A stretch of DNA of 64,000 bases from Camelus ferus (taxonomy: Eukaryota). This document shows, in pieces, positions 39,787 to 53,288 of the stretch. The first letter of the stretch is position 1. Each line of letters begins with the position of its first letter. Both the position numbers and the translations under genes were made by a program. The notes under the pieces are model-generated. The model ran no database searches. It had not been told where the DNA came from and saw only the letters and a list, made by a program, of their open reading frames with translations. The stretch spans positions 36,210,001-36,274,000 of the forward strand of contig NC_045696.1 in the NCBI RefSeq assembly GCF_009834535.1, in the 5' to 3' direction.

Positions 39787-40331
39787 TTTACTGAAGTATA
39801 GCCAACTACTATGTGTCAATTTCTAGTGTACAGCATAATGTCCCAGTCATGTATATATATATATATAAATATATTCATTTTCATATTCTTTTTCATTAAA
39901 GGTTGTTATAAGGTATTGAATATAGTCTTCTGTGCTACACAGAAGAAATCTGTTTTTTATCTATCTTTATATATAGTGGTTAACATTTGCAAATCTTGTG
40001 TTGATTTTTAAATTTTTTCCTTAACAGAGGTACTGGGGATTAAACCCAAGACCTCATGCACACCAAGCACGTGCTCCTCCACTGAGCTCTATCTCCTACC
40101 CCCAACATTTGCAAATCTTAAAACTCTCAAATTTATCCCTTCTTACCCCCTTCCCCCCAGGTAACCATAAGATTGTTTATTATGACTGCAATTCTGTTTC
40201 TGTTTTGTAGATGAGTTCATTAGTGTCCTTTTTTCTTTTTTCCCCCAAATTCCACATATGAGTGATATCATATGGTATTTTCCTTTCTCTTCCTGGCTTA
40301 CTTCACTTAGAATGATCATCCCCAGGTCCAT
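39785..40331 (-). mobile_element. L1 3' end (ORF2 tail + 3'UTR), interrupted by SINE
   Basis: MDLGMIILSEVSQEEKGKYHMISLICGI resembles the L1 ORF2 C-terminus. Confidence 0.85.
39998..40103 (-). mobile_element. tRNA-derived SINE nested in L1 3' end
   Basis: 16-bp TSD AACATTTGCAAATCTT at 39982-39997 and 40104-40119. Confidence 0.88.
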
Positions 40332-40677
40332 AGGATATTATTATTTTTAAGTGCTAAGGTGGAAATGAGATTATTTGAAATATTGGTAAAGCATCAAGTA
40401 GGTATTTATAGTTCAATACAATTCCTACCAGCTTTTCAGAACTCCCTGTTGACTTTCTGAAAGGATATAAGACACAGTCTAAATAACAAAGGAGTAAAAT
40501 ACTAACTTATTAAGAAAAGGAGGGAAAATAATTGAGATAAGGAGTCAAGGAAAAGAAGGAAAATAAAACAGGTAATAAGGAAAGGTGCATTTAGTACACA
40601 GAAACTCAGGCCAACTTAAAAAAAAAGGTAAAAACAAAGTAAACAAATAAACAAACAAAAAAACATAACTCTCCCCA

Positions 40678-41395
40678 AAGGAAACCCTTTTACACTGTTG
40701 GTGGGAATGTAAATTGTTTCTACCACTATGGAAAACAGTATGGAGGTTCATTAAAAAAAAAAAAAAAAAAAAAACCTGAAAATAGAGCTACCATATGATC
40801 CAGCAATTCTATTCCTGAGTGTATATCAAGAAAAAAAATGAAAACTCTAATTCAAAAAGATACATTCACCCCAATGTTCATAGCAGCACTATTTACAATA
40901 GCCATAACATGGAAGCAGCCCAAGTGCCCATTAATAGGTGATTGGATTAAGAAGATGTGGTATATATCCACAATGGAATATTATGCAGCCACAAAAAGAA
41001 TGAAATATTGCAATCGGCAGCAACATGGATGAACCTAGAGAATGTCAGACAGAGAAAGACAAATACTATATGATATCACTTACAAGTGGAATCTAAAAAA
41101 GGATACAAATGAATCTATGTACAAGACAGAAACAGATTTACAGACATAGAAAACAAACTTATGGTTACCAAAGTGGGTGGGAGGACAAATTAGGAGTATG
41201 GAATTAACAGATACAAACTAGTATACATAAAATAGATAAGCAACTGAATAGCACAAGGAATTATACCCAATATCTTATAATAACCCATAATGGAATATAA
41301 TCTGCAAAAAAACCAAATCATTATGCTGTACACCTGAAACTAACACAATATTGTAAATCAACTGTATTTCAATTTAAAAAAAGAATTGGGGGGGA
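40678..41395 (+). mobile_element. L1 3' fragment
   Basis: TPMFIAALFTIAITWKQPKCP..WIKKMWYI.TMEYY is the L1 ORF2 C-terminus; degenerate TSD AAAAAAC.TA.CTCTCCCC. Confidence 0.9.
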
Positions 41396-41454
41396 AAAAA
41401 ACTACCTCTCCCCTTCCATCATAGCAGAAAAAAATTAAACATTTATATTCTATT

Positions 41455-41886
41455 TGATGAGGAATTACGGACTGAATGTTTGTTCTGCACCCTCCCCCGC
41501 TCCCAGCAAATTCATATGCTGAAGCAGTAATCCACAGTGGGGCTGTTTTTGGAGATGGGGCCTCTAAGAAAATAACTAAGGTTGAATGAGGTCATAAGGG
41601 TGGGACCCTGATCCCATAGGATTAGTGTCCTTATAAGAAGAGATACTAGAGAGGTTATTCTCTTTCTCTCCCTGCACGTACATATGAACCAAGGGAAGGT
41701 CAGGTGAAGACACAGCAAGAAAGCAAGATCTGCCAGCCAGGAGGGGAGCCGTGACTAGAACCTGAATTGGCCAGAATCTTGATCTTGGACACTCCAGCCG
41801 CCGGAACCGTGAAAAAAACAAATTTTTCTGGTTTAAGCCATGTAGTCTGTGGCGTTTTGTTAGAGCAGGGCAAACAGACTAATACA
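41455..41886 (+). mobile_element. MaLR (MLT1/MST-like) LTR
   Basis: GGACTGAATGTTTG..GGATTAGTGTCCTTATAAGAAGAGA..GACTAATACA. Confidence 0.8.
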
Positions 41887-43879
41887 TAAGGCAAGGAAGC
41901 TAGTGACTGTTTCTAGTTGCTCTTTAAAGACATGGAAAGTGGCATTTATGCTGATGCTGTCAGATAGCATTTATCTAATCTCTCTCCAAGATGGTATAAA
42001 AGTGATGAGAAGAAAAAAAATTTTTTTAAAAAGGATAACAACAGTTGAGAGAATGGAAAAGGTCATTGTTAAGAGAAGTGATTTTAACAAATTCTCCAGG
42101 CTGGAAAAGTGATGAAAACCTGTTGATGAATAAAACAAAGGCAAGAAAGCCTTGATCCAAAATGCATACACAGAAGTACAAGGCAAATAAGGACCTTTTT
42201 GCTGTTTGGAAATAAGAGGTCTCAGAAAGACTGCAATACAGCATTAGCAGGAGAGTGGGAGAAAGGCAACTAGGACCAGGCGGATTAATTTGAAAGTCCA
42301 GCGATGATGCACAATACTGGTTTTCCAGGTCCCTGGTTTCCCAGTACATCCCAAAGTACATGAAGCAGAACACTCATAGTGGGCCCAACAAACATATTAT
42401 ATAAATGAATCAACTAATGAGTGTACATGGAGCTACCTGCTTACTCTTCCATTTAGAAGAAAGACTAGCAGGAAACCAGATCGATACCTATAACAGCACA
42501 AGAAACCCACACAAATCTACTAAAACCAACCTGATATTGTTGCTTAAATATGAAGAGGCAACCAAGAATCATGAGAAATATGGAGGAAAAAATTAACAGC
42601 TACCAGCAGCATGAAAAAGAAAACTGACAAAGGGGGAAAAAAAAGTAATTCAGAGAAGATTACTTTAAGAAACGTTTTATAGTCCAATGAGTATCTTCAT
42701 AGTGCCTTAAGATAATACATCCATGAAAGAAGGGGATGAAAGTTAAATCAAAGAAAAAAAAATACTTCAAGAAATTTACAATATGATTTTCAATAATAAA
42801 AGGTTGAAAGAAAAAGTTAAAGAAATCTCCTGGAATACACAGCAAAATTCAGAAACAAGTCAAAGTCATAAAGGATCATTTCTGGAGGAGTTCTAGAAAG
42901 AAAACAAGATGTGGAGGAAAGAAATTATCATAAAAGTAGAAAAATTTTCAGAGCTGATGAGAAAGACTAGTCTTCATGTAAACAGAGTCTACTGAGTGCC
43001 AAATAAAATGAGTGAATAAAAAAGCAAATTTAGACATAGCATGACACAAGTTTAAAACATCTAGCAGCAGAGAAGCTCTAGAATCAATTGATAGTAAGAA
43101 TGGCCATCAGATTAATGGTACAACTCCATTAGAATCACAAAGCAATTGGAGTCTCTCTCTCCTTCCACTTACAGAAGAGGCAATGATTTTAGTCTTTAAA
43201 ATAAAACCTGAAAACTAGGGAGATACTGCTTGGGACGGATCCATGTGTGTCATTAAGATGACAAAGAGCAGAAATTCCAGTCACTCCAACCTTGTCCCAG
43301 TTACAATTTAGGAGAAAGTGGGTAAAGCAACTAGAAAGACTTATTTTCTAAAAGTAATGCCCTTACCTTGACAATCTGCCCTCCCCCAGTTCCCACACAG
43401 GCTCCTAAAGAGAAGCCTGGCTATTGACACAACTGCCTACTTACTTACATGGAATTAATGAGTTTCCCCAAAGGACCATACTATTAGAAAAGCAGACCTA
43501 AACAACCACAGAGGAATCCTATGCCATACACGTAGCCTATCTAATCAACTTGGAGCTGTCTTCAAAAAATATGAAACAACAGCCAAAGATCACCAGATAT
43601 TCGTATAAAATTAATAGCATGAAAGAGGAACATACAGATCCCAAACAAAATAGTGGTAATTGAAGATACAGAAGATAACTTTAAAAAATTTGTAACTAAT
43701 ATCCTAAATAAATTGAGAAGATCAGGCATCCATAAAACAAAAGTAGGCTGCTATGAAAAAGGAGAAGTAGAGAACTAAAATATGATTTTAAAGGAAAAAA
43801 ATTAATGTATTAACTGAAAAATAGAATGGACTACTCCCCCCCATGCCAAAATTGTCAGCTCTTTTTTATCCCTATTGCA

Positions 43880-44500
43880 TTGACAAAGATTTAAAAAGAA
43901 GTTAGTAGCCAATGCTGGCAAAGATGAAAGCAATTAGGCACTCTTAAAATATCTACTTTTATAAGCAGATTTCCAGGGACAAATCTCACAATGTGTCTTT
44001 AAAATCTCCATAAGAGGCACACTCTTTGGATATTCAGCTAACAATTCTATTTCTAGGAAATTAACCTGAGGAAATGAACATGGACATATGTAAAGAAGTA
44101 TATATGAATATATTCATCACAGTATTATGGATATAGGCAAGATATTGGAAAAAATGTAAGTGTCAAAAATATGGTTTTGGTTAAATATTATGACTACATG
44201 ATGGAAAATTATGAATCTATTTTAAAGTATGACATATATTTTAATTTATTGATATGAAAAAATCATCATATTTAGGTGAAATATCAAGTCATAAATAATA
44301 TGTAGAGCACAGCTCCATTCTGTATTTATATATTTTAATTTCCAAGAATGTATGGATACAGACAAAGGAGCTTAGAAGAATATAAAGCAAAATGTTACAC
44401 TGGTTTCTGGCTAGTAAAACTATGAATGCATTTTTTTTTTAGCACATATCTGTTTTCAAAAATTAGATTATATCAAGCATGGATTATTTGAATGGTTTAA
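43880..44500 (+). mobile_element. Old L1 fragment
   Basis: CAATTCTATTTCTAGGAA..ATATTCATCACAG motifs. Confidence 0.55.
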
Positions 44501-44719
44501 CAATGTTAGTGAGACAGTAGGATACAGCTAGTAGTTTAAACTGGAGAATGATGTCCAATGAGGCGAGAAGGTCAAAATGGAACCCTGGGACTCTCTAACA
44601 TTTAAGGACAATCAGAGATCATCAAAACAGTAAAAGCAGAATTAGTAATACGTATGTAGAGAAAGAAAATTTGAAGAAATGCTTATAGACATGAAAGGAG
44701 GTCAATTTCAAAAGGTTAA

Positions 44720-45060
44720 GTTTCCATCACACCAGTCAGAATGACCATCATCAAAAAGTCTACAAATAATAAATGCTAAAGAAGTTGTGAAGGGAACCCT
44801 TCCTTACTGTTAGTGGGAATGCAAATTGGTGCAGCTACTATGGTGAAAAGTATAGAGGGTCCTTAACAAACTAAAAACAGAGTTACCACATGATCCAGCA
44901 ATCCCACTCCTGGGCACATCCAGAAAAGATGAAAACTCTGATTTGAAAAGATACATGCATACCAATTTTCACAGCAGAACTATTTACAATAGCTAAGACA
45001 CTGAAGCAATGTAGTGTCCATCAACAGAGGAATAGATAAAGAAGATGGTCATATGTGCAC

Positions 45061-45096
<36 letters not shown>

Positions 45097-45535
45097 AGGA
45101 ATATTACTCTGCCATGAAAAAAATGAAATAATGCCATTTGCAGCAACATAGATTGACCTAGAGATTATCATATTAAATGAAGTAAGTCAGACAGAGAAAG
45201 ACAAATACCATATATCACTTATATGTGGAATCTAAAAGAATGATACAAACGAATTTATTTACAATACAGAAAGAGACTCACAGGCATAGAAAACAAACTT
45301 ATGGTTACCAAAGGGGAAAGGTGGGGGAGGGATAAATTAGTAGTTTGGGATTAACAGATACCCAAGGTCCTATTGTATAGTGCAGGAAACTATATTCAAT
45401 ATCTTGTAATAACCTATCATGGAAAAGAATCTGAAAACGAACATATACGTATATACATGTAACTGAGTCACTATATTATACACCAGAAACTAACACAACA
45501 TTGTAAATCAACTATATTCACTTAAAAAAAAAAAG
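44720..45535 (+). mobile_element. L1 3' fragment with internal (CG)n(CA)n
   Basis: Colinear with the 40678 copy; polyA at about 45524. Confidence 0.88.
45056..45097. repeat. (CG)n(CA)n compound microsatellite
   Basis: Seen directly. Confidence 0.9.
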
Positions 45536-45736
45536 ATGCTTCAACAGTATCAAATGTTGCAGAGAAGTTATTATAATAATTACTATTATTTAGGATGAGA
45601 GTTAAAATGTATCCAGTCAGTTTAATAATAGGATCACCATTAAAATTCTCAGACACTAATACCAGTGGGAGAGTGAAAAGAGAGGAAATAGAGACCCCTA
45701 GAATAAACTATTTCTTCAAGAAGATCAAATGAGAAT

Positions 45737-45802
45737 GGGGGGAGGGTAACAGCTCAGTGGTAGAGTTGGTTCAATCCCCAGTACTCCACTAGAAAAAAAA
45801 AA
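45737..45802 (+). mobile_element. Internally deleted tRNA-derived SINE
   Basis: A and B boxes juxtaposed, polyA, flanking ATCAAATGA(G/T)AAT. Confidence 0.75.
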
Positions 45803-46589
45803 ATCAAATGATAATAGAAAGAGAAAGAGAGTGGGTAATAACTTTACATAGAAGCAGAGCAAAGCTAACATTTCCCTAAAGTCAGGAAGGTGCATCACAG
45901 AATAGCTGTGAGATTCAAGGACAAAATGCCAAATATGCTATTTTGAAAGATACAAAAGTAACATATAATTGCAGGAAGTTAAAATTTTACTATTTTATGA
46001 ATATTTTAAAGCCAGTGTTCTTGAATATGTCCTTTTAAAGTCCATTCCAAAAAATGGATATGAAGGCTAATAAGGATCATGTTAATGATGGTAACGTCCC
46101 AGATCCAGTGAAAGCTGGTTCCTATAACCTCACTCAGAATCTACCTAGATGAATTATCCTTATTTCACTTCCTCTCAAGCCTCAAGAATTCAATTTCTGT
46201 ATTTAGAACAATGTAATATAAATAAACCTCTTAAATAAAAGGGTTATTCCCCATGCTAGAGCTAGTAACAGTTAATTTATTATTGTATCATTAAAAAAAA
46301 AACTGCAACTTTAAAAAATTAAAGCAACTTTTGCAGTTTAAAGTTGAGTTTTAGAAACACCAGTTCCTAAGGTCCTCTGTCCACCTCACATAATTTCTTA
46401 CCAGAGACCTTCCCCACAGCTGCGTTCTCGTGCTGTGGGTCTCAGCCTCTTTGCTCCCTTCTCTGACATCCTCTCCCCTTCTCTCTCCCTGGCTGCCATC
46501 CACTGCCACCCCACCCACTTTCTGTTCACTTCTTACAGAATCATTTCTCTATCTTCTGCGCTGTGGCCTGATAGACCAGAATGACTCGG

Positions 46590-46750
46590 GCTTTAACTGT
46601 GTGTAGAAGTTACCTGAGGGTCTTGTTAAAATACAAATTCTGGATCAGTAGGTCTGGGGTGGGGTCAAAGATATTTCATTTCTAATAAACTCCCGGGCAA
46701 TGCTGCGGCTGGTCCATGGACTACACTTGATTAGCAGAACTACAGACCAC
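46590..46750. mobile_element. MER5A-like hAT MITE
   Basis: CTTGTTAAAATACAAATTC..CAGTAGGTCTGGGGTGGGG..CATTTCTAATAAACTCCC. Confidence 0.65.
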
Positions 46751-47989
46751 GTTCTCAGGACTTGACTTTCTAAATCTAAAGCCATTTTTCAAGGCAATTT
46801 CTAAAATAATAACAGTTCTCACCACAGGAATAATTTCAAGATCCAATGTTATCATACTTTTTTTTCACCCTACCACATTAATAGCCAACTCAATGTCATT
46901 ATCCTAAGTCCGCAGCGGGTCTACTAGCAGGCATAGTTAATTATGCCCACTCTCTAAATTTTATTCAGAGTTAAAAGAACCTCACGCTCCGTAAAATATA
47001 TTACCAAAGGTTAAATAGGTAATAGGTATTTGCACCTCTCTCAAAGGAATAAATAGTAATCTTAACCTTAGACAAAAAAATCTGTAACAGGAACAATGCT
47101 GACCAAATATTCCATGTGCTTCCTTGGGCTGGGGCTATTTAAGTTAAAAGCAAGTGTGAGTTTTGTCACTTCCATGCTAAGACAGTTAATAAGAAGTACG
47201 CCTCCGTTCTTGCGGGGAACATTGGAAGCCATGTGTTCCAGATGGCATAACTAAAGATGTAAGAGATTTACACAAACCACATTGGGCTTTACATGATTAA
47301 AAAATAAACTCTTATTTTGCTAAGCCACTAAGATTTGGTGATCTGGGAATTAAATTGAAGATTTGTGGATTAAAGTGTCATCACTCCATAGCGTATCTTA
47401 CCCTAACTAGCATAAAATTATGAAAATTTAAACTAATGCCTGTAACAGGATATTCAATAATGTGCTAATTTGCTTCTTCATTAATTCTAAAAATTAAGAG
47501 GGTTCTAATGAAAGTAAAAAACACATAGATAAGATAGATAAACTTCAGTTTATTCCTTAAGAAAAACAACCAATAAAGCAAAAGAATTTTTTAAAAAAGA
47601 AGCCCCAAGTATATTTCAAATTTAAGAGAATAGCAATCAAGAAAGTAACAAACTTCTAAATTATCTTTTAATATAAATGGGGATATAAAGATCCCAAAAG
47701 CATTATCACACACCGATCCATGATACAAAAAAAAAAAAAAAGACAGAGAGAGGAACAGAATCTTATAAAATACCATAAAGTCTGAGAAGAATTTGTACAG
47801 ATCATCTGGCATGGTGATGGGAGGACTGACATGTGAAAAGATCACAGAGGAAAGAGGACACAGAATGATCCTTTTTGAGAAGAAGGGCAGGGAAAGGTTA
47901 TTTGGAGGAAAAGATCTGGAAACCTCCAGATCATGAGCCTTGCACACCACCAGGCTCAGACTTCAGAACCAGAAGTAAGAGATTAGAAG

Positions 47990-48333
47990 CAGCAGCAGAT
48001 GCCTCCTCCTATCTTTTAGATACAAACTGCCATGCTGTAGAGAGGGTCACCAGGTGGGAATGGTGGGTGCCCTCAGGAGCTAATAGCCTGAGCTCTACAG
48101 CTGCCAGAAATTGAATTCTGCCAACATTTGGTGAGTTTGGAAGAGGATTCCTAGCTTCATTTGAGATCTTGGCTCTGATTGACCCCTTGATTTTAGCCTT
48201 GTGAGAACCCTGAGCAGCTCCTTGAACTTGGACCTGGACTTCTGACCTATGAAACTATGAGATAATAGGTTATATTGTTGTAAGATACTAAGTTTGTGGT
48301 AATTTGTTACACAACAATTAGGATACTGATACA
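47990..48333 (+). mobile_element. MaLR (MLT1-like) LTR, 3' part
   Basis: GGACTTCTGACCT..AACT..GAGATAAT..TAAG..CTAAGTTTGTGGTAATTTGTTAC..ACTGATACA. Confidence 0.75.
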
Positions 48334-50652
48334 AAAAGGCATCTATAATTTTGAATCAGGCTGAATGTATTAATATTGCTAATTTCATTCCATGTGTTAG
48401 CTAGGGCCACCAGCTTCAGTTCTAACAGTTTGCTAGGTTGCCTAATGCCATCCCAGATAAACCCCTGGCACATACCGAACAACACTGCAAAGCTAGACAT
48501 TCCTTGGCATAATATAAAAGAAAAAATACACAAAGACTGGAAGACAGACATTCTGGCTTGAATCATTCATGTGGTTCCTACCTATTCACCTCCTCACTTA
48601 TCCATCCTACCCTACTGATATAGAAGACATATATACATGTATATATATATATTTTTTTTCATGATTATTTTAGCAGTAGACAGTTGAGGAAATCATTGGA
48701 ATTTTAAAAAGCATTGTAAAATCAGAAACCCTGCTGGGAGGGCCTGCAATGGAAGTGGGCTCTCAGATGTCAGGTAGAATGGGGGTAATCTGAGGCACTG
48801 AGCTTAGGTAGCAGCCCAGACTGACCTGAATCAAAGTCAGAGAGAGCACAGTGATCAAATCTTGGAGAAAGGGTTAACACGCAAAGATCTTCCAAGAATG
48901 AGAAAGAAAGACAACCCACAAAATTCTTCACTGAGGTTTTCACCCCCAAACTCTATGGGTTAGCAAATCGAGGTTGCAGAGTCTCAATGTAAAGAAATCA
49001 CCATCTCTTCCTAAAGGCCAATCTTGAGTCAGTGGATGGATCCAGGACCTCGTGAATGAAGGAGAGGGGGGATGCCCTTGAAGAAGCATCCGTAAACTTT
49101 TCTCCTAGTTTTCTTCTTCAAAGCAAAATAAATGCAACGGGTAACTGCACTAAAGAAAATGATTCCCAAAACTGGAGTCATTATTAGATACTGGCATTGA
49201 GGAGGCAAAACACCTAAGAGTAAGGTATGCAGTTTAGAACTGAGGTTTATGAGGCTCAGTTGATAAACGGAATTCTGTCCTGAAAGTACCTAACTATAGG
49301 CCCAATCAGACTCAGTCTTCAAACCGATTCCTTTCCCAGGCCTGAGAGCACTGAGCTATTTTCAGCAACAATTTGGTCACATTGGAATATTCCTGCCCAA
49401 GTGAGAGATGTTGCTATCAAACCTGGGTGTCTGTCACTAAGATGGAAGGACAGATTTTGATGCACCTTGCATTCTGGGGGTATATTTCATCTTTAGATGT
49501 TCTGCTCTGATCTTTTTACAGTATGAGTCCAAAAGCTGCCAAATGTAGGTGGGAACCAAAATAAGAGAATGCCCTCTGGTTAGTTCAAAATTCACAAGCA
49601 GTCTGTCATGCAGCCTAACCAATGACCCATCAGATCCAGTTGGGTTCCAGTGGTCTACAGATGGCAGGGTACTCTTGAGAGACTGTAGCAAGTCCCAAAA
49701 GAAGGATTTTAGTAGAGATCCCTATGAGTTGGGAGGAGTTCACATTTCCTTCAGCAATTATTTTCCCTTTGAGAGACTGTTCCTGATATCCTTCAGGCTT
49801 TCATGGGGCCTGAAGATCTAACTGCAGGACACTTCATGATTTGAACAGCTCATCATGAGCTAGATGCTGTGTTTTCCTTCTAGCCATAAATTTAGTTGTG
49901 ACAGCAGTTCAGTGGTGAAATGTTCGAATGGTATGAATGGAATGAGCCCCAAGCACCACTGAGTGGCCTGTGCGGGCTGCTCGCTCTCCTGACTTCTTTC
50001 TCTCCTTCAGGTTCCTTTTATGGACTCACGCAGAAAGGCCTGTGACCCCAAAGATGAAAATGAAAAGATGCTCCAGTGTGATGTGCCAGCATGAACCAGA
50101 GGTAGGCCTGCTATGAAACTGCAGCCAGAAATGAAGAAATTAACAAACTCCAGCCTCTCTCAAGGGTGATCCTGAAAAGCACTGGAGAAGCAAAACCTTC
50201 TCAACAAGCAGAGAGATAAGCGGTATTTCTCACTGTCCACTTTGCTTAGAATGAGAAATTATCTGAGATCAGGGTCTATGCTACTTTCTCAATGGTTACA
50301 AATGGTCTGTCCGGTTGTTCAGAGACCTGTGAAGAGTTAGATCTTAGGCCTAAAAACACGGATGTTTGAGCAAGAAATGCCCAGAGCTGAGAATACTTCT
50401 GTTCCAAGTAAATGTTCACAGATAGCCCCATACCAGAGAGGTTCTTAAACGTAAGTGGGGACAGAATGGTCCACTTAAGGACTGTCAGCTGTGTTTCTTC
50501 TCAAGGTAATCTAGTGCAAGGCTCATGAACTCAAAAATCTTCAAGCGCTAGATAGGTGCCATAAACAAGGGAAGAGGCTTGGTGACACAATGATGGATGC
50601 TCAGAATTATGGTAAACTGAAGAGGGGACAGTCTATCTAAAGAAGGTAGCTC

Positions 50653-50915
50653 TGGGGGGAGGGGGGTGGAAAGGGACAGACTGGGAGTTTGAAATTTGTG
50701 ATACTGACAGGCATATGTAGAATAGATAAACAAGATTATACTGTATAGCACAGGGAAATATAGACAAGATCTTGCTGGTAGCTCACAGTGAAAAAGAATG
50801 TGGAAATGAATATATGTATGCTCATGTATAACTGAAAAACTGTGCTCTACACTGGAAATTGACACAACATTGTAAACTGACTATAACTTAATAAATAAAA
50901 ATGTTAAAAAAAAAA
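50653..50915 (+). mobile_element. Young L1 3' end
   Basis: 14-bp TSD AAAGAAGGTAGCTC (50639-50652, 50916-50929), polyA. Confidence 0.88.
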
Positions 50916-51809
50916 AAAGAAGGTAGCTCGGAATCAGCTCTAGCTAAACTGCGCTATGTTGAAATGTGCACCCAGTGTTGCCAGATCTTCCTTTGTTTTC
51001 CAAGAGAAGTCATGAAACCAAATTTTTAGATGAAATTTTCTGATTTTTAAGTTGCCATGAGGGTGAACACACAAGTCTGTCTGCACATATGGCCCTCAGG
51101 CTGCCGCTCTGCGTCACCCGGTCTAATATCTGTTCAATAGTCATTAAAAATTAGCTATGGTCGCAGGGATAGAGGCTACATGTAGATTCACCCTCACAGA
51201 TTTTCCCTCACAAATGTCCCCCTACTAAGAAAAACACCAAATCTGTTAGCAGAATTGCTGCTTATTTAGCTGTTGGAAACTGGGCAGATTACTAAATCCA
51301 ATCAGCTACCTGGTGAATGGCTGATAAGTTAGGGAACTTTTTTCACAGAAAAAAAAGCAGCAATTTGTACTCAGAGGTAGAGACATTTATTCTTTATTTG
51401 GATTTAGCTTTTCCATCAGCACCACTACTGACAGACTCATTCAGTGCTTCATGCTAAGCAATACAGCTTTACCTCTAAATAAGAAATTAACTCCACAATT
51501 AAGGAAATAAGTCAAGTGGGATGATTCTTACGGTTCTCACTGGTTTTATTGTGTACTCTAATACCTGGAAAGAGCTAGCCTTATGGAATTATGAACTGAC
51601 CAACTATTGAAGGCTCAGTTACTGCCTTTTGGCACACAATTCTATCTTCCAAAATATGGCTAAAAAAAAGAGGTACATTTTCTGAATAAGCAATCATTAA
51701 TATACAGTGCTTTTTTCTCCTAGAGCCAAAATCCACAGGTCAGGAATGAAAGTAGAAAGGGAAGAAGTACTTGTCATGATTTGATGGTTAGTGACCAAGT
51801 GGAATTGTG

Positions 51810-52200
51810 TCTGCTATAAAAATGGTGCAGTCCTAATCCCCCAGACCCTGTGACCATGACTTTTTTTGGAAATAGGGGCTTTGCAGATGGTCAGATTAAG
51901 AGTGAGCCCTACTCCAATATGACTGGTATCCTTATGAAAAGGAAAAATTTGGAACAGAGATAAACATATATAGAGGAAAGATAATGTGAAGACATAGGGA
52001 GAATGCCATCTAGAAGCCAAAGAATGTTTGAGGCTACCAGAAGCTAAGAGGGAGGCATGGAACAGTCCTCAGAAGGAATCAGCTCTGCTGACACCTTGAT
52101 CTCAGATCTCTGGTCTCCAGAACTGTGGGACAATGAGTTCAGCTATTTAAGCCGCTCCATTTGTGGTACTTTGTTATGGCAGCCCTGAGAAACGAATTCA
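51810..52200 (+). mobile_element. MaLR (MLT1-like) LTR inserted in the ERVL-type fossil
   Basis: TTTGGAAATAGGG..CCAGAAGCTAAGAG..CCAGAACTGTG..TTTGTGGTACTTTGTTATGGCAGCC. Confidence 0.8.
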
Positions 52201-52596
52201 ACGATCTATTCTCAATTTTTTTGCTTTCTTTCTTTACAACTAGGTTCTGCTCATCCAGAAACTGGGACCCCAGGAAGAAATGCATTCACTGTGAAACCTA
52301 ACATACTTCCCACTTAATCTGAAGCTGAGACTGCTATATGGCCACTTCAAGTTCTTTATTCTTGTAGGAAAAAAAGGAAAGAGTTATGCTAGAATGACAA
52401 TAATTTACACAAAATAGTGCTGCTGCCACATACACATCAGGGTCAGAAGAAGTGCTGCTTCTCCAGGATGACTACTATACACAGTAGAAATTGTAAAGGA
52501 AGAGAGATGGATGCAACTATCCACAGGCAGGGCTCAGATTCTTCCTGAATAAGGATATGGTTCATCTCATTGAGCAGACAAAAAATCAAACATGAG

Positions 52597-52804
52597 TTAG
52601 ACACTGACAGGCATATGTAGAATAGATAAACAAGATTATACTGTATAGCACAGGGAAATATATACAAGATCTTGTGGTAGCTCACAGCGAAAAATAATGT
52701 GACAATGAATATAGGTATGTTCATATATGACTGAAAAATTGTGCTCTACACTGGAATTTGACACAAGATTGTAAAATGACTGTAACTCAATAAAAAAATG
52801 TCAA
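52597..52804 (+). mobile_element. Young L1 3' end
   Basis: 17-bp TSD AAAAAATCAAACATGAG (52580-52596, 52805-52821); near-identical to the 50653 copy. Confidence 0.88.
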
Positions 52805-53288
52805 AAAAAATCAAACATGAGGAACTGCCTAAAAGCAAGAGGCATATGAACTGAGTAGTGAAGGAGGAAGTCATAAATACCAGCTCTGGCTTCAAACCAA
52901 GAGAGACAGGCAAGCTCTAACGCCAGTAACTGTATTCCTTTGCTTGTCTTTTTAAAATTATTTTTGACATACAGGATGTTTTGGGTTACTACGACGTATC
53001 ATTTCATCCATAAAACATAGCACATTGACATAGGATTGTGACAGAATTAGAGGAGGCACGGACATCACCCGATGGTACCACCCTAGGAAACAGTAGCCTT
53101 GAGCCTTCCTCTCCCAGTGTGTTGAGTGGAATTTATTGAGGAGGACGTCCTTTCTACTGAACATTAGTTATTTGCATTATATTAGAAGTCTCTGCATTAT
53201 ATTTGAAATATTTTCAAATGGTGTTTATGTAAAGCAGGGCATGTGTGTATGTTGTACAGCCAATAATTAGAATGTGTAGATTCCTCTT

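Larger units (their letters stand above)
48400..52900 (+). mobile_element. Decayed ERVL/MaLR-type internal region (gag end, protease, RNase H, integrase, dUTPase remnants)
   Basis: LLDTG at 49181-49195 downstream of a GAATGAAGGAGAGG gag-end motif; integrase-like stretch about 51370-51625; KLRL..GHF-like dUTPase remnant about 52320. Confidence 0.6.

Noticed and set aside
39787..39792. Sense-oriented L1 end has AGTAAA rather than AATAAA (selection against premature polyadenylation?)
   Set aside because: Several antisense or intergenic copies also lack AATAAA, so there is no real contrast
40838..41032. 65-codon ORF with real protein similarity
   Set aside because: L1 ORF2 C-terminal remnant, not a host gene
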